In this document: piece after piece, positions 19,366 through 32,671 of the stretch
Position numbering within the stretch: the first letter of the stretch is position 1
Layout of the letters: each line of letters opens with the position of its first letter
Source of the DNA: an uncultured delta proteobacterium
GTDB taxonomy: Bacteria > Desulfobacterota > RBG-13-43-22
Assembly: GCA_963743305.1 (NCBI GenBank)
Contig: CAVUPH010000014.1
Location: 352,001-416,000, forward strand
Length of the DNA stretch: 64,000 nucleotides
Direction of reading: 5' to 3'
Program-made: the position numbers and the translations under genes
The notes under the pieces: generated by a model
Told to the model about the DNA's origin: nothing
Seen by the model: the letters and a program-made list of their open reading frames with translations, nothing else
The model's database searches: none

Positions 19366-21333
19366 TTACTCCTTTCTGGCTTCAGTCAGACCTTTTTCTC
19401 TGCAGGATATTCGTTCAAAGACCCGGGGAAACAACTTATTGTTTGTATGGGGCAAAAACAAGGCGGCAATATAATTATTCATAAAATTGATATTTTCGCT
19501 CAGTTCTATGTTGGTGATTTTAGTAAAAATGCGCTTTACTTCCGTTCGGAGCACATTAGAAAAGCAGATCAAGCGGGCGCCCAACAGCGAACCGTTGCCG
19601 ATGAATTTAACTTTTTGAATCGGGAAGTCGGGCAGGAGACCAATGGTAATCGCCTTTTCAATATTCATATAGTTTCCAAATCCGCCGGCAATGATCACCT
19701 GTTCCAGATCCTCCATGGCCAGCCCCACCTCTTCCAGCAAGGTTACATAACCGGCATACATGGCTCCTTTGGCCCGAATGAGGTTGTCAATGTCCACCTC
19801 GGTAATCACAATATCCCGTTCGATTTGGGTATCGGAAGCCCAGGCCAGCACATATTCCCACCCGTCTTCCCCTTCCCGAATACGGTCCGTCTTCAACCCC
19901 GGTTTAAATTTTCCATTTTGATCCAGCACACAGGCTTCCAGAAATCCGGCGACAATATTAATCAGCCCCGAACCGCAGATCCCCTTAGGCTTGACCATAC
20001 CGACTGTCAGGATCATGGGTTCAAAAGTCGTTGGATTTATGCTGAAATCCTCAATCGCCCCCTGGGTAGCCCGCATGCCGTGTTTAATGCCTCCCCCCTC
20101 AAAGGCCGGCCCGGCGGAACAGGCCGCGCAGGTCATCCACTCCGAATTGCCGACCACAATCTCTCCATTAGTTCCCAAATCAATATACAGGGTTAATTTA
20201 TCCTGGCGGGACATCCCGGAACCCATAACTCCGGCAATAACATCCCCTCCCACATAACTGGCTATGGAAGGAAATAAATAAACCTGCACATGGTCCGCCA
20301 GCTCCAGTCCCAGTTCCCTGGCCCGGATTAAAGGGACATAGTTCATCGGAGGCGTATAAGGAGCCTCGCGGATATACCGCGGTTCAATCTCCAAAAACAA
20401 ATGGGTCATGGTGGTATTACCCGCCACGGTCATCTGATTGATGGTTTCCATGGGGACTTTATGCTGTTTTAACAACTGCTTAATAATTCCATTGATGGTG
20501 GAAACCACCAAGTCCTTCATTTTTTTAAGCCCGTTGGCTTTTTGGGTATAGGCGATCCGGGAGATGACATCTTCCCCATAGGCAATCTGGGAGTTATACT
20601 CTACCGCCTGGGCTAAAATTTCGCCGTTATTTAAATTCAGCAATTGACCCCAAACCGTGGTGGTTCCAATATCGACGGCCACGGCGAAATTACTGCTGGT
20701 GGTGTCACCGGATTCGATGTTGATCAGTTGGACTTTGCCGCCCTTTTTTCTGGAATTGGCTAACGTTACCGTAATCTTCCAATCTTTTTCCCTTAAAGTG
20801 GAAGCCATTTTCCGGACGGCATAAAAGTCGACGTTGATGTTCCCGATCTGATGACTTTGCTTTAAGGCGCGGATGACTCGGGTCAGGTCGCTCAGGTTGT
20901 CGGCTATGGTGGGAGGGGTAATTTCCAAATATTTCTTTTCTACCGGCGGGTGAAATTTTCCGTCAACGATCAGGTCTTCGATCTTAATTTCAGTGACCAC
21001 CTGCCAGGCCCCGGAGCGAGGTCTTTCTTTAGCCAAGACCTTACGGTCCAACTGTGATTCAAGAGGAATGGTAACATCTAAATCACTTTTAATAATAGTT
21101 TTACAGGCTTGTCTTACGCCAAGATCGAAGTCCGCCGTCGAAATTTTGTCGCTCTGTTCGCTTTCGACCTCTCCACGATCGACGATCACCCGGCATTTTC
21201 CACATACTCCCTCTCCTCCACAGGAGGCATTGATATGGACACCGGCCTGCATGGCAGCCCGGAGGAGGTTTTCACCAGAGGCTACCCAAACTTCAGCTTT
21301 ATCCGGATAAAAAGTAACTTTTTTTGTTTCCAT
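19366..21333 (-). CDS. acsV: ATP-dependent reductive activator of corrinoid protein (RACo/AcsV; 2Fe-2S plus ASKHA)
   Basis: CGGEGVCGKC...C ferredoxin domain, DIGTTT, DLGTNGE, SAGPAFEG, GICGSG and AGGFG motifs. Confidence 0.9.
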   Translation of the reverse strand: METKKVTFYPDKAEVWVASGENLLRAAMQAGVHINASCGGEGVCGKCRVIVDRGEVESEQSDKISTADFDLGVRQACKTIIKSDLDVTIPLESQLDRKVLAKERPRSGAWQVVTEIKIEDLIVDGKFHPPVEKKYLEITPPTIADNLSDLTRVIRALKQSHQIGNINVDFYAVRKMASTLREKDWKITVTLANSRKKGGKVQLINIESGDTTSSNFAVAVDIGTTTVWGQLLNLNNGEILAQAVEYNSQIAYGEDVISRIAYTQKANGLKKMKDLVVSTINGIIKQLLKQHKVPMETINQMTVAGNTTMTHLFLEIEPRYIREAPYTPPMNYVPLIRARELGLELADHVQVYLFPSIASYVGGDVIAGVMGSGMSRQDKLTLYIDLGTNGEIVVGNSEWMTCAACSAGPAFEGGGIKHGMRATQGAIEDFSINPTTFEPMILTVGMVKPKGICGSGLINIVAGFLEACVLDQNGKFKPGLKTDRIREGEDGWEYVLAWASDTQIERDIVITEVDIDNLIRAKGAMYAGYVTLLEEVGLAMEDLEQVIIAGGFGNYMNIEKAITIGLLPDFPIQKVKFIGNGSLLGARLICFSNVLRTEVKRIFTKITNIELSENINFMNNYIAALFLPHTNNKLFPRVFERISCREKGLTEARKE

Positions 21334-21479
21334 TTAGTTTTTCTAAATAACCTGTATCCCTTTGTCAAGAAATAAGGGGGTAATTTAAATAGCAGTTGAT
21401 TTTTTTCACTAAATTAAGTATAGTATGACGATTTGATTTTATAATAATTTCAAAGAAGTAGGGTCCGGAAAGGTCAATC

Positions 21480-21740
21480 GGCCCTGGGGATGGCCGTGAA
21501 TAGCCGGGTCAAATTCATATCCACAGGGATAAACTGTTAATAATTTCTCTTTTTTTGACCTAAACGCTTAAGGGATGATGGGGTAGCTAAATAGTTCAAG
21601 GATAGGCCGTTCAAGGTTTATTGATATTTTGTATAATTATTTCAATAGAATATTGTAGATTTCCCTATGTTACCGTCTTAATAATAAATAATAAAAATAA
21701 TTTATCATTTTTTTAATACTTATTTTAAGGAGAACTCTTT
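21480..21740. other. Candidate replication origin (oriC) upstream of dnaN
   Basis: DnaA-box-like 9-mers (ATATCCACA at 21517-21525, TGTTAATAA at 21535-21543); very AT-rich stretch with a TAA-triplet run at 21679-21700 resembling DnaA-trios; gene orientation diverges here. Confidence 0.5.
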
Positions 21741-22874
21741 ATGGAACTGACCATCCAAAAACAACCTTTATTGGATGGACTGCAGATGGTCCAGGGAATT
21801 GTGGAAAAGAAGAGTTCTATGCCTATTCTTTCCAATGTGCTTCTTGAAACCATCGATGAAGGGATTCATATTGTAGCTACGGATCTCCAGATCGGGTTGC
21901 GTCTTACCTGTCCGGCCAGGATAAAGCAACCGGGAGGAATTACCGTTCTAGCGCGCAAATTTTTTGAAATCATCCGGGAATTACCGGATGGTGATATTGA
22001 TATCCGTTTAAATGAAAATAATCGATTATTCATATCCTGCAAGGATATTCAGTACCAGTTGGTCGGTTTGCCCCTTTCGGATTTTCCAGCACTCCCGGAA
22101 ACCGAACAAAATCAATTAATTTCCCTGGAGGGGGCTCTGATTAGAGAAATGATTCAAAAGACCATTTTTTCTATTTCCCTCGAGGATACCCGTTATAACT
22201 TATCGGGAGTCTACTTTGAACATCTGGAAGAGGAAGGTCATAAAATACTGCGGATGGTGGCCACCGATGGACACCGTCTTTCCTTAATGGATAAAGAAAT
22301 AGGGGAGTTCAATGAGGAAGTTTTTCCAAAAGGGGTCCTATTGCCACGAAAGGCGGTTACCGAACTGCTGAAAATTTTAGACAAACCGGGAGGAATCCAA
22401 TTCGGATTTAAAGAGAATAACGGGTTGATCATTAAGGATCAAATGTTGTTTATTATGCGGTTATTGGATCGAAAGTTTCCAGATTACAATTTAGTGCTGC
22501 CTAAGAAGAAAGATAAAATTATCACCATTCCGAAAAATGATTTTTTAGACTCCATGCGCCGTATGGCCGTACTTTCAACGGACAAATACAAGGGCGTTAA
22601 AATCATTTTAACTAAAGGAAAAATGGAAATTCAATCCATCAACCCGGAAATTGGGGAAGCCAAGGAAAGTTTAGCCTTGGAATACAAGGAAGAGAAAATG
22701 GATATTGGATTTAACCCCCGTTATTTTATCGACGCCCTGCAGGTGATGAACAGCGACCAGGTGCTGATGGAACTCAATGACGGAGTCAGCCCGGCCATTT
22801 TAAAAGGCGAACAGGATCCGGGATATCTAGCCTTGATCATGCCGATGAAAATTTTTGATGAGACCGGACAGTAA
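21741..22874 (+). CDS. dnaN: DNA polymerase III beta sliding clamp
   Basis: PILSNVL, ATDL, VATDGHRL, FPDY, GFNPRY and LIMPM motifs; AAGGAG RBS. Confidence 0.97.
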   Translation: MELTIQKQPLLDGLQMVQGIVEKKSSMPILSNVLLETIDEGIHIVATDLQIGLRLTCPARIKQPGGITVLARKFFEIIRELPDGDIDIRLNENNRLFISCKDIQYQLVGLPLSDFPALPETEQNQLISLEGALIREMIQKTIFSISLEDTRYNLSGVYFEHLEEEGHKILRMVATDGHRLSLMDKEIGEFNEEVFPKGVLLPRKAVTELLKILDKPGGIQFGFKENNGLIIKDQMLFIMRLLDRKFPDYNLVLPKKKDKIITIPKNDFLDSMRRMAVLSTDKYKGVKIILTKGKMEIQSINPEIGEAKESLALEYKEEKMDIGFNPRYFIDALQVMNSDQVLMELNDGVSPAILKGEQDPGYLALIMPMKIFDETGQ

Positions 22875-23105
22875 GGAAAAAAATAAAAAAATTTTACCAG
22901 GACGGAGTCGCCGATAGTGTCTCAGCCAGGTCCAGCGAGTCCCGATTAACTGCTCCTAACAATTCCTTTTCTAAAAGATTTATTAATACCTCCCAACCTC
23001 CCTTTAACCACGCCGTGGCGTGGCAGGCCGGGGAGAAGTCCGATGATAATAGGTTTTTCCCTTGGAATGAGGAAATCTGGCGGAGATTGGTCGAATTTTT
23101 TTTAA

Positions 23106-25505
<2,400 letters not shown>

Positions 25506-25524
25506 AAAAAATAATGGGAAAGAT

Positions 25525-27957
25525 ATGAAATTAATACCTCAGGAAGTTTCCACCAATATTGAAGACGAGATGAGACGCTCTTACATGGATTATGCCATGA
25601 GCGTGATCATCGGCCGGGCCTTGCCGGACATCCGAGATGGCTTAAAACCGGTCCACCGCCGAGTCCTTTACTCCATGCGGGAATTGGGAAACGAGTACAA
25701 CAAGGCCTATAAAAAATCGGCCCGCATCGTGGGGGATGTCATCGGTAAATACCATCCGCACGGGGATACGGCGGTCTACGACACTATCGTGCGGATGGCC
25801 CAGGATTTCTCCCTGCGCTACCCTTTAGTGGACGGCCAGGGCAATTTTGGCTCCGTGGACGGCGATTCGCCGGCCGCCATGCGGTATACTGAAATTCGTT
25901 TGACCCGTCTGGCACATGAATTTATGGAAGACCTGGACAAGGAGACCGTGGACTTTATCCCCAATTACGACGGATCTCTGAGCGAACCGACGGTCCTGCC
26001 CACCAGCGTCCCCAACTTGCTGATCAACGGTTCCTCGGGTATCGCCGTGGGGATGGCCACCAATATTCCGCCTCATAACCTGGGGGAGATCGTTCAGGGG
26101 CTGCTGGCGCTGATTGATAATCCCGATCTCACCGTACCGAATTTGCTGACCCATATTCCCGGCCCCGATTTTCCTACCGCCGGGTTTATCTACGGGACGG
26201 CCGGAGTCCGGCAGGCCTATGAGACCGGGAGGGGAATCATCCGGATTCGGGCCCGGGCCATGATCGAAAAGAGAAAAACCCAGAGCAGGGAAAGCATTGT
26301 TATCAACGAACTTCCGTATCAGGTTAATAAAGCCCGGCTGATAGAAAAGATCGCCGAACTGGTCAAAGAGAAAAAAATCGAAGGCATCCAGGACCTGCGG
26401 GATGAATCGGATCGAGAAGGGATGCGGATCGTTTTAGATCTTAAACGGGATGAAGTGGCCGAGGTTATACTCAATCAGCTTTATAAATTTACGGCCATGG
26501 AAACCACTTTTGGTATCATTCTTTTAGCCATTGTTAAAAATCGACCCCAGATCATGGGTCTGAAGACCATTCTGGTTCATTTTCTGGATTTTCGGCAGGA
26601 GATCATCCGTAAGCGGACAGCCTTTGAACTGCGAGAGGCCGAAAAAAAGGCTCATATTTTGGAAGGCCTGAAGATCGCCATCGATCACTTGGACGAAGTC
26701 ATAGCGCTGATCCGCAAATCCAAAAATCCGGCGGAAGCTAAGAGCCAACTAATAAGGAGTTTTGAATTTTCTGAAACCCAGGCTCAGGCCATCCTGGAAA
26801 TGCGCCTGCAGCGGTTAACGAATCTGGAAAGGGAAAAAATCCAGGAGGATTACCGGGAGATTCTAAAGACCATTGAACGATTGAAGGGCATCTTAGCCAG
26901 CGAGGCGTTGATTTTAAATATCATCCGTGAGGAACTGACGGAACTTAAGAAAAAATTTGGCGATCCCCGTCGGACCGAAATCATCGAAGATACCACGGAA
27001 ATCAAATTGGAAGACCTGATCGTGGAAGAGGATATGGCCGTCACCATTTCCCACGCCGGTTATATCAAGCGCAACCCGGTCAGCCTGTACCGCAGCCAAC
27101 ACCGGGGGGGAAAAGGGATTACCGGCATGGAGACCAAGGAAGATGATTTTGTCGAACATCTCTTCGTGGCCTCCACCCACGATTATTTTCTGTTTCTAAC
27201 CAATCAAGGCCGGCTTTACTGGCTAAAAGTTCACGAGATCCCCCAGGCCGGCCGTCAAGCCCGGGGCAAGGCCATGGTCAATCTGCTCAACCTGCAACCG
27301 CAGGAGAAAGTGGCCACCATCCTACCGGTCCGGACTTTTGAGGAAGGAAAATACATCTTCATGGTCACCCGAAAGGGTTTGGTCAAGAAAACCGATCTGA
27401 TGGCCTTCAGCCGACCCCGGTCCGGAGGAATCATTGCCACCACCATCGTCGAAGGAGATGAAGTAATCGCCGCCGAACTGACCAAAGGAAAACAGGACAT
27501 CTTTTTAGGGACGCGCAAGGGCTTATCCATTCGATTCCATGAAGGGGAAGTGCGGGAAATGGGACGATTGGCCCAAGGGGTTCGCGGCATTCATCTCCAA
27601 GAGGACGACTGGGTCGTTGGAACCGCCGTGCTGGCCCAGGAAGGGACCTTGTTGACGGTGACCGAGAATGGTTTTGGCAAAAGGACCCATACCGCGGAAT
27701 ATCGAAAGCAGGCCCGGGGCGGAAAGGGCATTATTACTATGAAGACCACTGAAAGGAACGGGGCGGTGGTCGGGGTGCTGCCGGTAACGGATGATGACGA
27801 CTTGATGATTATCACTGACGGTGGAAAAATCATCCGCCTGCGGGTAAATGACCTCTCCATCATTGGTCGGAACACCCAGGGGGTCCGCCTCATCAATTTG
27901 GATGAACAGGAAAAATTGGTCGGCGTCGCCCGGGCGGTGAAACGGGAAGAGGAATAA
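25525..27957 (+). CDS. gyrA: DNA gyrase subunit A
   Basis: YAMSVI, KYHPHGD, catalytic Tyr in AAMRYTE, GyrA-box QHRGGKG; start placed at MKLIPQ. Confidence 0.98.
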   Translation: MKLIPQEVSTNIEDEMRRSYMDYAMSVIIGRALPDIRDGLKPVHRRVLYSMRELGNEYNKAYKKSARIVGDVIGKYHPHGDTAVYDTIVRMAQDFSLRYPLVDGQGNFGSVDGDSPAAMRYTEIRLTRLAHEFMEDLDKETVDFIPNYDGSLSEPTVLPTSVPNLLINGSSGIAVGMATNIPPHNLGEIVQGLLALIDNPDLTVPNLLTHIPGPDFPTAGFIYGTAGVRQAYETGRGIIRIRARAMIEKRKTQSRESIVINELPYQVNKARLIEKIAELVKEKKIEGIQDLRDESDREGMRIVLDLKRDEVAEVILNQLYKFTAMETTFGIILLAIVKNRPQIMGLKTILVHFLDFRQEIIRKRTAFELREAEKKAHILEGLKIAIDHLDEVIALIRKSKNPAEAKSQLIRSFEFSETQAQAILEMRLQRLTNLEREKIQEDYREILKTIERLKGILASEALILNIIREELTELKKKFGDPRRTEIIEDTTEIKLEDLIVEEDMAVTISHAGYIKRNPVSLYRSQHRGGKGITGMETKEDDFVEHLFVASTHDYFLFLTNQGRLYWLKVHEIPQAGRQARGKAMVNLLNLQPQEKVATILPVRTFEEGKYIFMVTRKGLVKKTDLMAFSRPRSGGIIATTIVEGDEVIAAELTKGKQDIFLGTRKGLSIRFHEGEVREMGRLAQGVRGIHLQEDDWVVGTAVLAQEGTLLTVTENGFGKRTHTAEYRKQARGGKGIITMKTTERNGAVVGVLPVTDDDDLMIITDGGKIIRLRVNDLSIIGRNTQGVRLINLDEQEKLVGVARAVKREEE

Positions 27958-28004
27958 GCGTAACGGACGGGTAAGGAGTCCGTCAAGCAGCGAGGGGATC
28001 ATCG

Positions 28005-29042
28005 ATGGCCGGATTAAAAAAGAAAAAGCACGTGGGGGTGATCGGTGCCGGGAGCTGGGGCACCGTCCTGGCCCGTTTATTGGCCGACAACGGGCATGCG
28101 GTTCAATTGTGGTGCTTTGAGGAAGAGGTGGCCCGACAAATCAGGGAGAGGCGGGAGAACCGGACATTTCTACCGGGCTTTCATTTGCCGGAATCCATTG
28201 AACCGGTCACCGATCTGGTCGAGGCTATCCACCAAAAGGATATGCTGCTGTTGGTCGTCCCTTCTCATGTGTTTCGAGATGTCCTCAACCGAATGATTCC
28301 CAACCTTTCCGCCCTCAAGCCGGGTTGTCTATGGATCAGCGCCGCCAAGGGAATTGAAACGGAAAGTCTGCTGACTATGACCGGGGTCATGAAGGAGGTC
28401 CTGGGAGACGCCTATCCTCCCTTTATCGGATGTTTGTCCGGACCCAGTTTCGCGCAGGAAGTCGCCCAGGAATTACCCACGGCCATTTCGCTGGGAGCGT
28501 TCCAAAAAGAAGCGGCGGAGCGGGCCCAACAGTTATTCGCCAACGGCTATTTTCGGGTTTATACCAACCGGGATACGCTCGGTTTGGAAATAGGCGGGGC
28601 TTTGAAGAATGTGATCGCCTTGGCAGCCGGTATTTCCGACGGTTTAGGGTTGGGACACAATACTCGGGCGGCAATAATAACTCGGGGGTTAGCGGAAATC
28701 AGCCGTCTGGGGATCAAGATGGGTGCGCAGCAAGCCACCTTTTTTGGGTTGGCCGGCATCGGAGATTTGGTGTTGACCTGTACCGGGGATTTAAGCCGGA
28801 ATCGTACCGTCGGGCTTCGTCTGGGTAAGGGCGAAAAATTAAACAGTATCTTAGCTTCCATGACCATGGTGGCGGAAGGAGTTAAAACATCCCGGGCCGC
28901 CTATCAACTGGCGCTCCGGGAACAAGTGGAAATGCCTATCGTCACCCAGGTCTATGGCCTACTTTACGAGAATCAGGTCCCTCGACGCGCCGTTCGGGAT
29001 TTGATGAACCGCGATTTAAAGTCCGAGACCGGGGACGATTAA
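28005..29042 (+). CDS. gpsA: NAD(P)H-dependent glycerol-3-phosphate dehydrogenase
   Basis: GAGSWGT, KGIE, SGPSFA, GALKNVIA and GDLVLTC...SRN motifs. Confidence 0.96.
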   Translation: MAGLKKKKHVGVIGAGSWGTVLARLLADNGHAVQLWCFEEEVARQIRERRENRTFLPGFHLPESIEPVTDLVEAIHQKDMLLLVVPSHVFRDVLNRMIPNLSALKPGCLWISAAKGIETESLLTMTGVMKEVLGDAYPPFIGCLSGPSFAQEVAQELPTAISLGAFQKEAAERAQQLFANGYFRVYTNRDTLGLEIGGALKNVIALAAGISDGLGLGHNTRAAIITRGLAEISRLGIKMGAQQATFFGLAGIGDLVLTCTGDLSRNRTVGLRLGKGEKLNSILASMTMVAEGVKTSRAAYQLALREQVEMPIVTQVYGLLYENQVPRRAVRDLMNRDLKSETGDD

Positions 29043-29166
29043 ATAAATTATCGTTCGCCCTTTGGGGTGGGCGGTCACAACTTATGGTAGTTTAAAGATT
29101 AACCTGATATCGGCACTACCAGATATGGGGGGTACCCACCCGAAAGGGTGAAGCGGTAAATAAGAG

Positions 29167-29244
29167 TTGGAATAGGATTTGCATAATTATTCCTTCGACT
29201 TGGTGAACAAAAAGATTTGACAAAGAGGTTTTTTTTGCTATATT
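29167..29244 (+). promoter_or_regulatory. Tandem sigma54-type and sigma70-type promoters for the NlpC/P60 gene
   Basis: TGGAATAGGATTTGCA (GG-N10-GC) at 29168-29183; TTGACA-N16-TATATT with an extended TG at 29217-29244. Confidence 0.55.
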
Positions 29245-29305
29245 GCCCTAACCTAGTCCAATTTTGCCCGTTGAATAACCCAATCCTTCATCTGAGGAGA
29301 GAGCT

Positions 29306-30145
29306 ATGATAATCAATAGATGGGCTGCTTTTATTTCCATAGTCCTTTTAGTCCTATTCCCGGCCAGTAGTTTCAACGCTTCCGCGAAAAGTACCGTCAA
29401 GAAAAAAAATACGGTTTCTTCAAAAAAGGAAACTCAAAAAAAATCGGCAAAAATTGCCCCAAAAGGGAAAAAATCGACCAAAACCAGGAGAAGACACCAT
29501 AAAAAAATCGCTCAGGATGCCCCACAGGAACCAAAAGCGGGAAATCCGGTGTTCAAGGTTACTCCCTTGGACAATGGGAAATTCCTCATTGAGCCCACGG
29601 AGTCATCTCATCAACAGGATAGTGGTCCGGACCAACTTAGCCTGATTAAAAAGCCGGTTTTCGAGGAAGAGATGAAAAACACGGAGGACTCCCAGGAAAC
29701 CAAAAACGAATCGGGCAGTTTTCCGGAACTTTTGGTAGATTTTTCCAAACAACTGTTGGGAAAAGCCTACCGCCTGGGAGGAAATGGTCAAGGAACTGAC
29801 GGTATTGATTGTTCGGGGTTCATGAAAAAAATCTATCAATCCGTAACCCTGAACCTGCCCCATTCCAGCCGGGAACAAGCCAGGTTTGGTGCCCTGGTGA
29901 CTACGGACTGGGATCTCAGTCGTCTTCGAATCGGGGATTTGCTTTTTTTTAAACGGAAACGCGGGACCAATATCGGCCACACCGGGATGTATATTGGCGA
30001 GGGGAAGATGATCCATTCCTCGAGCAAGAAAGGCGTTATTATTACGAATCTGAAGCATTCCGATTATTATAACCGGAATTTCGTCATGGCCCGCCGGTTG
30101 TTTATCATGGATGATCCGCAGATGGCTCAATTTAAATCCTTTTAG
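29306..30145 (+). CDS. Secreted NlpC/P60 (C40) peptidoglycan endopeptidase
   Basis: Signal peptide, Lys-rich linker, IDCSGF, GDLLFF, HTGMY and IHSSS motifs. Confidence 0.9.
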   Translation: MIINRWAAFISIVLLVLFPASSFNASAKSTVKKKNTVSSKKETQKKSAKIAPKGKKSTKTRRRHHKKIAQDAPQEPKAGNPVFKVTPLDNGKFLIEPTESSHQQDSGPDQLSLIKKPVFEEEMKNTEDSQETKNESGSFPELLVDFSKQLLGKAYRLGGNGQGTDGIDCSGFMKKIYQSVTLNLPHSSREQARFGALVTTDWDLSRLRIGDLLFFKRKRGTNIGHTGMYIGEGKMIHSSSKKGVIITNLKHSDYYNRNFVMARRLFIMDDPQMAQFKSF

Positions 30146-30167
30146 GGGACCCTCTACCTCCGGTGTA

Positions 30168-31187
30168 CTAAAGGATTTCCAACCCCCCCAACAGGCATTC
30201 GTTGGCTTCTCCAATTAAAATTCTTCGATAAGGCCGGTCCAGGTAAGTATTCCGGGCGATCCGAAGTTCGGTAATCGCCATGATAAAAGGCATACTCCGA
30301 CAAATCCGTTTGAATATTTTTTCCGGTTCAGGAAAGAAAGAAGCGTAGCTTCCCAGAAAATGGCGGATGAAAGGCTCGGCCCCCGACCGGTCCCGATGAC
30401 GCCAGAGAAAGGCATGTTTGATTTCTCCGCAAACCATCCCCAGGTCCCAAACCCGATCGCCGGATTTTACCCGTTCTAAATCAAGCGCCACCAGTTCCCG
30501 CTCAGAGGGAAAAATAAAATTAGTCGGCGTGGCGTCCCCATGGACCAGAACTTGAAAGGTCGTACAGCCGGCAAGTCGGCTTAACCATTGGTCGATCAAC
30601 CCCAGAAAGTTTTTAATTTCCTCGTTGGAGACCAAGCCCTGCGCGCTGAGCTGGGTCAAGACCTTTCGGTAATAGCTTTGCACCGACTGCCACTCCACCG
30701 CTCGTCCATTTTGAGTTTTCTGATGAAGTCCGGCCAAAAAAGAAGCCAACTGTCCCAGCCGGGCGCACAGGGGAGACCCTTCATTTTCGTAAATAGCCCG
30801 CTGCAAAAAATAATCTAAGTTCCTGCCCGCTTCCCATTCTTGGACCAAGCCCAGCGGTAAATGAATTCTGTTACCTAAGGGACGGGCAACCCGGCAGGGA
30901 GTGCCGTTGAAACCTAGGCCTCGCAGGAGAAGCATCTGGTCGTACTCCCTCTCGATCAAGGCCAGATTTCGGTTTTTTAGGGATTCCGGCAGAAAACAAT
31001 ATTTGGCGATGACCCGCTGTTCGGACGTTTCCTCTGAAAAAAGATAAACCCAGTGCGATCCAACCAACGGCGCTATTCGGAACCGAGGTTTTTTCAATTG
31101 AGCGCCCAATTGGGGATAAACAATGTGAGCTAAAAAATGAAAGAATGGATGGCGGGGATTCAGAAGCGCTTTATGGTTGAAGGGCAT
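30168..31187 (-). CDS. APH/choline-kinase-like phosphotransferase family protein
   Basis: LAGLH, Brenner motif HGDATPTN, DLE and DLG. Confidence 0.75.
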   Translation of the reverse strand: MPFNHKALLNPRHPFFHFLAHIVYPQLGAQLKKPRFRIAPLVGSHWVYLFSEETSEQRVIAKYCFLPESLKNRNLALIEREYDQMLLLRGLGFNGTPCRVARPLGNRIHLPLGLVQEWEAGRNLDYFLQRAIYENEGSPLCARLGQLASFLAGLHQKTQNGRAVEWQSVQSYYRKVLTQLSAQGLVSNEEIKNFLGLIDQWLSRLAGCTTFQVLVHGDATPTNFIFPSERELVALDLERVKSGDRVWDLGMVCGEIKHAFLWRHRDRSGAEPFIRHFLGSYASFFPEPEKIFKRICRSMPFIMAITELRIARNTYLDRPYRRILIGEANECLLGGLEIL

Positions 31188-31193
31188 AGCCTT

Positions 31194-31242
31194 AAAAAAA
31201 AGATTCCCGGATTCGGAATCGGTTGGCGGAATCCGGGAATCT
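31194..31242 (-). terminator. Intrinsic terminator after the thiolase gene
   Basis: AGATTCCCGGATTC...GAATCCGGGAATCT 14-bp stem followed by a T-run on the minus strand. Confidence 0.8.
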
Positions 31243-31269
31243 TGAAAAACGGTCCGAGGGAAGATGAAA

Positions 31270-32472
31270 TTATTCGTTTTCGATAATGGTCGTCATGCCC
31301 ATACCGCCGCCCACGCAGAGGGTGGCTAGTCCCAAGGCGAGGTTGCGGCGCTTCATTTCGTAGAGCAGGGAAATGATAATCCGCACCCCGGTAGCGCCTA
31401 CCGGATGACCCAGACCGATCCCGCTGCCGTTCACGTTGGTAATTTCCCGGTTCAGCCCTAATCCCCGCTCGCAGGCCAGGTACTGGGAGGCGAAGGCCTC
31501 GTTTACTTCAAGGAGCTGGATATCCGAGATGGCCAATCCGGCCTTTTTTAGACATTTTTCAGTGGCCGGTACCGGGCCGTAGCCCATGAATTTGGGATCC
31601 ACCCCGGCGACGGCCTGGGCCACGATTTTGGCCATGGGGGTCAGTCCCAATTCCTGGGCCCGCTGCCGGCTGGTAACCAGGACCGCGGCGGCTCCGTCGT
31701 TCAGGCCTGAGGAATTACCAGCCGTAACCGTTCCTTCCTTTTTGAAAGCGGGGGCCAACCGCTCCAGGTCGGCCAGGGTCAAGCCGTAGCGGACATGTTC
31801 ATCGGTGTCCACGACCTTGGGCTCCCCCTTTTTTTGGGGGATGGCCACCGGTACGATTTCTTCTTTAAATCTTCCGGCTTTGATGGCGGCTTCGGCATGG
31901 TTGTGGCTGCGCAGGGCCACGATATCTTGGTCCTGACGGGAAATGTCGTATTTCTCAGCCAGGTTTTCCGCGGTTTGTCCCATGATATACCCCTTCTTTT
32001 CCAGCAGGTTGCTCCCGGAATGCAGCATTTCCCACATGGCATCGGTCATCTCGCCGTGGGTTAGCCTCTGGCCCCAGCGGGCGGTTTTCAATACATAGGG
32101 GGCGCTGCTCATGGACTCCACTCCGCCGGCCAGCACGAACTGCGAGTCCCCGGTTTTGATCTGCTGGGTGGCGAAGGCCAAAGCGGCCATGGCCGACGAA
32201 CACTGACGCTGGATGGTGACCGCCGGAACTTCAACCGGAATTCCGGCTTTGAGGGCCGCCGTTCGGGCCGTATTGGCCTCATCCGGGCACTGGACACAGT
32301 CCCCTAAAATAAGGTCATCGAGCAGACCCGGGTCGATTTTGGAGCGCTGAAGCACTTCATTAATAACCACGGCAGCCAGTTCGTAGGCCCGGAGCGTACG
32401 GAAGGCCTCCCCGAATTTGCCGATCGGGGTCCGGGCGGCGGCGACGATAACGACATCGTTTGGATTTTTCAC
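31270..32472 (-). CDS. Thiolase (acetyl-CoA C-acetyltransferase/acyltransferase)
   Basis: QCSS catalytic Cys, NEAFA, GHPVGATG and CVGGGMG motifs; AGGAGG RBS and GTG start. Confidence 0.95.
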   Translation of the reverse strand: MKNPNDVVIVAAARTPIGKFGEAFRTLRAYELAAVVINEVLQRSKIDPGLLDDLILGDCVQCPDEANTARTAALKAGIPVEVPAVTIQRQCSSAMAALAFATQQIKTGDSQFVLAGGVESMSSAPYVLKTARWGQRLTHGEMTDAMWEMLHSGSNLLEKKGYIMGQTAENLAEKYDISRQDQDIVALRSHNHAEAAIKAGRFKEEIVPVAIPQKKGEPKVVDTDEHVRYGLTLADLERLAPAFKKEGTVTAGNSSGLNDGAAAVLVTSRQRAQELGLTPMAKIVAQAVAGVDPKFMGYGPVPATEKCLKKAGLAISDIQLLEVNEAFASQYLACERGLGLNREITNVNGSGIGLGHPVGATGVRIIISLLYEMKRRNLALGLATLCVGGGMGMTTIIENE

Positions 32473-32491
32473 GATGATTTCCTCCTTGAAA

Positions 32492-32509
32492 ATAATGAAT
32501 TGTCATTCA
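32492..32509. promoter_or_regulatory. TetR/FadR(YsiA)-type operator upstream of the thiolase gene
   Basis: ATAATGA-ATTG-TCATTCA, a 12/14 match to TGAATGA-N4-TCATTCA. Confidence 0.45.
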
Positions 32510-32671
32510 TTTTTACCTTAAAACCCAAGGGCCGTCAACTCTCAAGTGATGCGAAGGTTTAATGCTTGTCTTTAATCGATGAAATATTTTACAATCCAAT
32601 CAGTGAAGTGGGCTTCCGGGGATAAGCGGCCCCGCTTTTAATCTTATAATTCAAAATTGAGGAGGATTACG

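Noticed and set aside
30168-31187. Aminoglycoside-resistance gene
   Set aside because: Only generic APH/choline-kinase superfamily motifs are present, with no mobile context, so the substrate cannot be assigned.
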